Assembly (NCBI GenBank): GCA_050012755.1
Contig: JBEKGO010000006.1
Span: 1 to 64,000, forward strand
Reading direction: 5' to 3'
Origin: Candidatus Bathyarchaeia archaeon
GTDB taxonomy: Archaea > Thermoproteota > Bathyarchaeia > Bathyarchaeales > Bathycorpusculaceae
Length of the DNA stretch: 64,000 bases
The notes beneath the pieces were generated by a model, which made no database searches, was not told where the DNA came from, and saw nothing but the letters and a program-made list of their open reading frames with translations. The stretch's first letter is position 1; each line of letters opens with the position of its first letter. Positions 62,310 through 64,000 of the stretch are shown here, one piece after another. The translations under genes were made by a program, and so were the position numbers.

Positions 62310-62807
62310 TCAAAGCCGTTTTGTCATGACGTATGCGTCTTCGCCGTCAGAGTAATATCCGTTTATTGTTCTTGTAATTTCAAAACCCAATTTCTTGTAA
62401 AGCGAAATTCCTGCATCGTTCGTCACCCTAACCTCTAAGAAGCATTGTTTCGCTTTGTAATATTGCATGCCTTCCAAAGCCTTGTTGATCACAGCTGTAG
62501 CAATGCCTTTACGCCTATATTGTGGCATAACAGCTATGGATACCACATGTCCCTTTCTTACCAAGCCACCGAAGCCATAATTCGATAAGCCAACTTCAAT
62601 TCGGCACATTATGTAGCCTGCGATTTCCCCATTTTCTTCTGCTATAACAAAGGTTTCTGGAAAACGTTGGTGCAGGTCCATGAAGAAAAAGTCAGTGTAG
62701 TTTTCCGGTAAGCAAACACGGTTGATTTGCATTACTTTTTGTAAGTCATTTGGGACGAATTTGCGTAGCTTAAAGGTTTGTTGCATTCTGTTGCCTTCTT
62801 TATCCAC
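62310..62807 (-). CDS. N-terminal acetyltransferase, Ard1/RimI family
   Basis: NRVCLPENY, GHVVSIAV..YRRKGIA, LEVRVTN, YYSDGEDAY. Confidence 0.93.
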   Translation of the reverse strand: MDKEGNRMQQTFKLRKFVPNDLQKVMQINRVCLPENYTDFFFMDLHQRFPETFVIAEENGEIAGYIMCRIEVGLSNYGFGGLVRKGHVVSIAVMPQYRRKGIATAVINKALEGMQYYKAKQCFLEVRVTNDAGISLYKKLGFEITRTINGYYSDGEDAYVMTKRL

Positions 62808-62885
62808 ATTTCACTGTTCTAACTTAAAGTTTACGCTTTGAGCTTCAATTAGTTGCTTTACTGTCTTTACCGTGGTGCAGGTTGT

Positions 62886-64000
62886 TTAAGTATCGGCTTC
62901 TTCTGGCGCCTTGAACACTGGTAACGTGTAGCTACCATGCGGCATCGCCCACACTCTTGAAGCTGAACCAGCAATTCTTAATGCTTCAGTTAAAGCATCG
63001 TTTACTGCCCGAGCTGTTTTCAGTTTGAATATGCTTGTGGCATAGTAATCTGGCAGGGATGAGACAAGGATGATTTGGTGGTTTTGTAGAGCTTTTAGGA
63101 GATAATAGGCTTTGTGTCCACCCATTACAAAGTTGCGTTTTATTTCATGCTCAACATTCTTCAAATCGCCCAAACGCATCATCCAATCATAAAACACTTG
63201 ATTCCCATGGCCCTCAGGGCATTCAGCAACAAGAATTATGACTCCTCCACGTTTAACCGCGTCTAAGGAGTTGTCTAGGGCTTTATAGGCTTGATAGAGA
63301 TTTATGTCAGCTGGATAACCGCCTGCACTTACAACTAGGATGTCGGCTCGACGCTCCACTGTCACACGGAACATTTCGTCAACAAGTCTTACGGCTTCAA
63401 CAAAAGCCTGCTCTAAGTCCCCAGCGAAGGCTTTCACAATTTCACCCTTCTTGTTTTCTACAACGTTAACTATGAAGTCAACTCTGGCCAATCTTGCTGC
63501 TTCCATCATATCCTGATGCACAGGGTTATCAACCAAGTTGCCAGTGCGGGCGCTAGGATGTAGAAGCATTGAATGGTTATGCTTGATTGTTTCTTCGCCA
63601 CTGACCGCAGGCAAAACGCTTTTTCGCCCACCGCCGTAACCAGCATAATAATGAAAGCCAACATCCCCCAAAAGCACCCTAACATCTGCCTCAGCAAACA
63701 CAGGGTTAACAAACACTTTGTTGCCATACGTTTTGGTCGTACCGATGTTCACCAAATCTTGAGCTTTGCTCTGATGGCTAATAGCTTTTATCCGTTTAGC
63801 TACTTCTGCACCAAGAATTGCCATGGCTTCTTCAGGTTTGACTGACCGATGTGTTCCGCAGCCAAAAATAATTGTGATATTCTCATCTTTTACGCCTGCC
63901 AGATTTAACTCGGCGAGCACAGGCAAAAGCATCACTTCACTTGGCGCTTTGCGTGTGGCATCGTCAACGACTATGGCGATTTTGCTCTCGGCTTTGGCAA
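62886..64000 (-). CDS. larA: Nickel-pincer lactate racemase family protein (5' end outside window)
   Basis: Frame open to the window edge: VDDATR, GTHR, FHYYAGYGGGRKS, NH, GYPADINLYQ. Confidence 0.88.
   Translation of the reverse strand, partial: AKAESKIAIVVDDATRKAPSEVMLLPVLAELNLAGVKDENITIIFGCGTHRSVKPEEAMAILGAEVAKRIKAISHQSKAQDLVNIGTTKTYGNKVFVNPVFAEADVRVLLGDVGFHYYAGYGGGRKSVLPAVSGEETIKHNHSMLLHPSARTGNLVDNPVHQDMMEAARLARVDFIVNVVENKKGEIVKAFAGDLEQAFVEAVRLVDEMFRVTVERRADILVVSAGGYPADINLYQAYKALDNSLDAVKRGGVIILVAECPEGHGNQVFYDWMMRLGDLKNVEHEIKRNFVMGGHKAYYLLKALQNHQIILVSSLPDYYATSIFKLKTARAVNDALTEALRIAGSASRVWAMPHGSYTLPVFKAPEEADT

Overview
Archaeal chromosome segment, most likely Bathyarchaeia (TACK). This is inferred from the archaeal 16S 5' end, TBP, A-type ATP synthase, a Cren7-like protein, aKMT, a large PQQ-propeller surface protein and frequent TTG/GTG starts. 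In order it carries: the 5' part of a 16S rRNA gene; an AT-rich islet (~1.9-4.4 kb); an XRE-CBS regulator divergent from metY-metX-metW; a flavodiiron protein; a complete but rearranged A1Ao ATP synthase cluster (atpI inverted, with a USP gene and a cryptic ORF inside); an accessory region next to tRNA-Gln(CTG) bounded by two degenerate copies of the tRNA 3' end; deoxyhypusine synthase and aguB-aguA; tRNA-Arg(TCT); and housekeeping genes (mtaB-like, cysS, lplA, prs, trm11, rnz, aKMT, lhr, signal peptidase, tbp, pyrE, ard1, larA). The best novelty candidates are: (1) an HTH regulator translationally coupled to two unrelated membrane proteins that share an identical N-terminal RGWLPKEPSLP motif, next to a second membrane-tethered regulator module with its own palindromic operator; (2) a ~240-nt multi-hairpin RNA upstream of rnz; (3) a CdrS-like RHH gene followed by a 95-aa protein that may be an FtsZ-tail remnant; (4) tandem conserved hairpins behind aKMT; (5) several small genes missed by the ORF track. 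All family calls come from motif recognition by eye; no database search was run.
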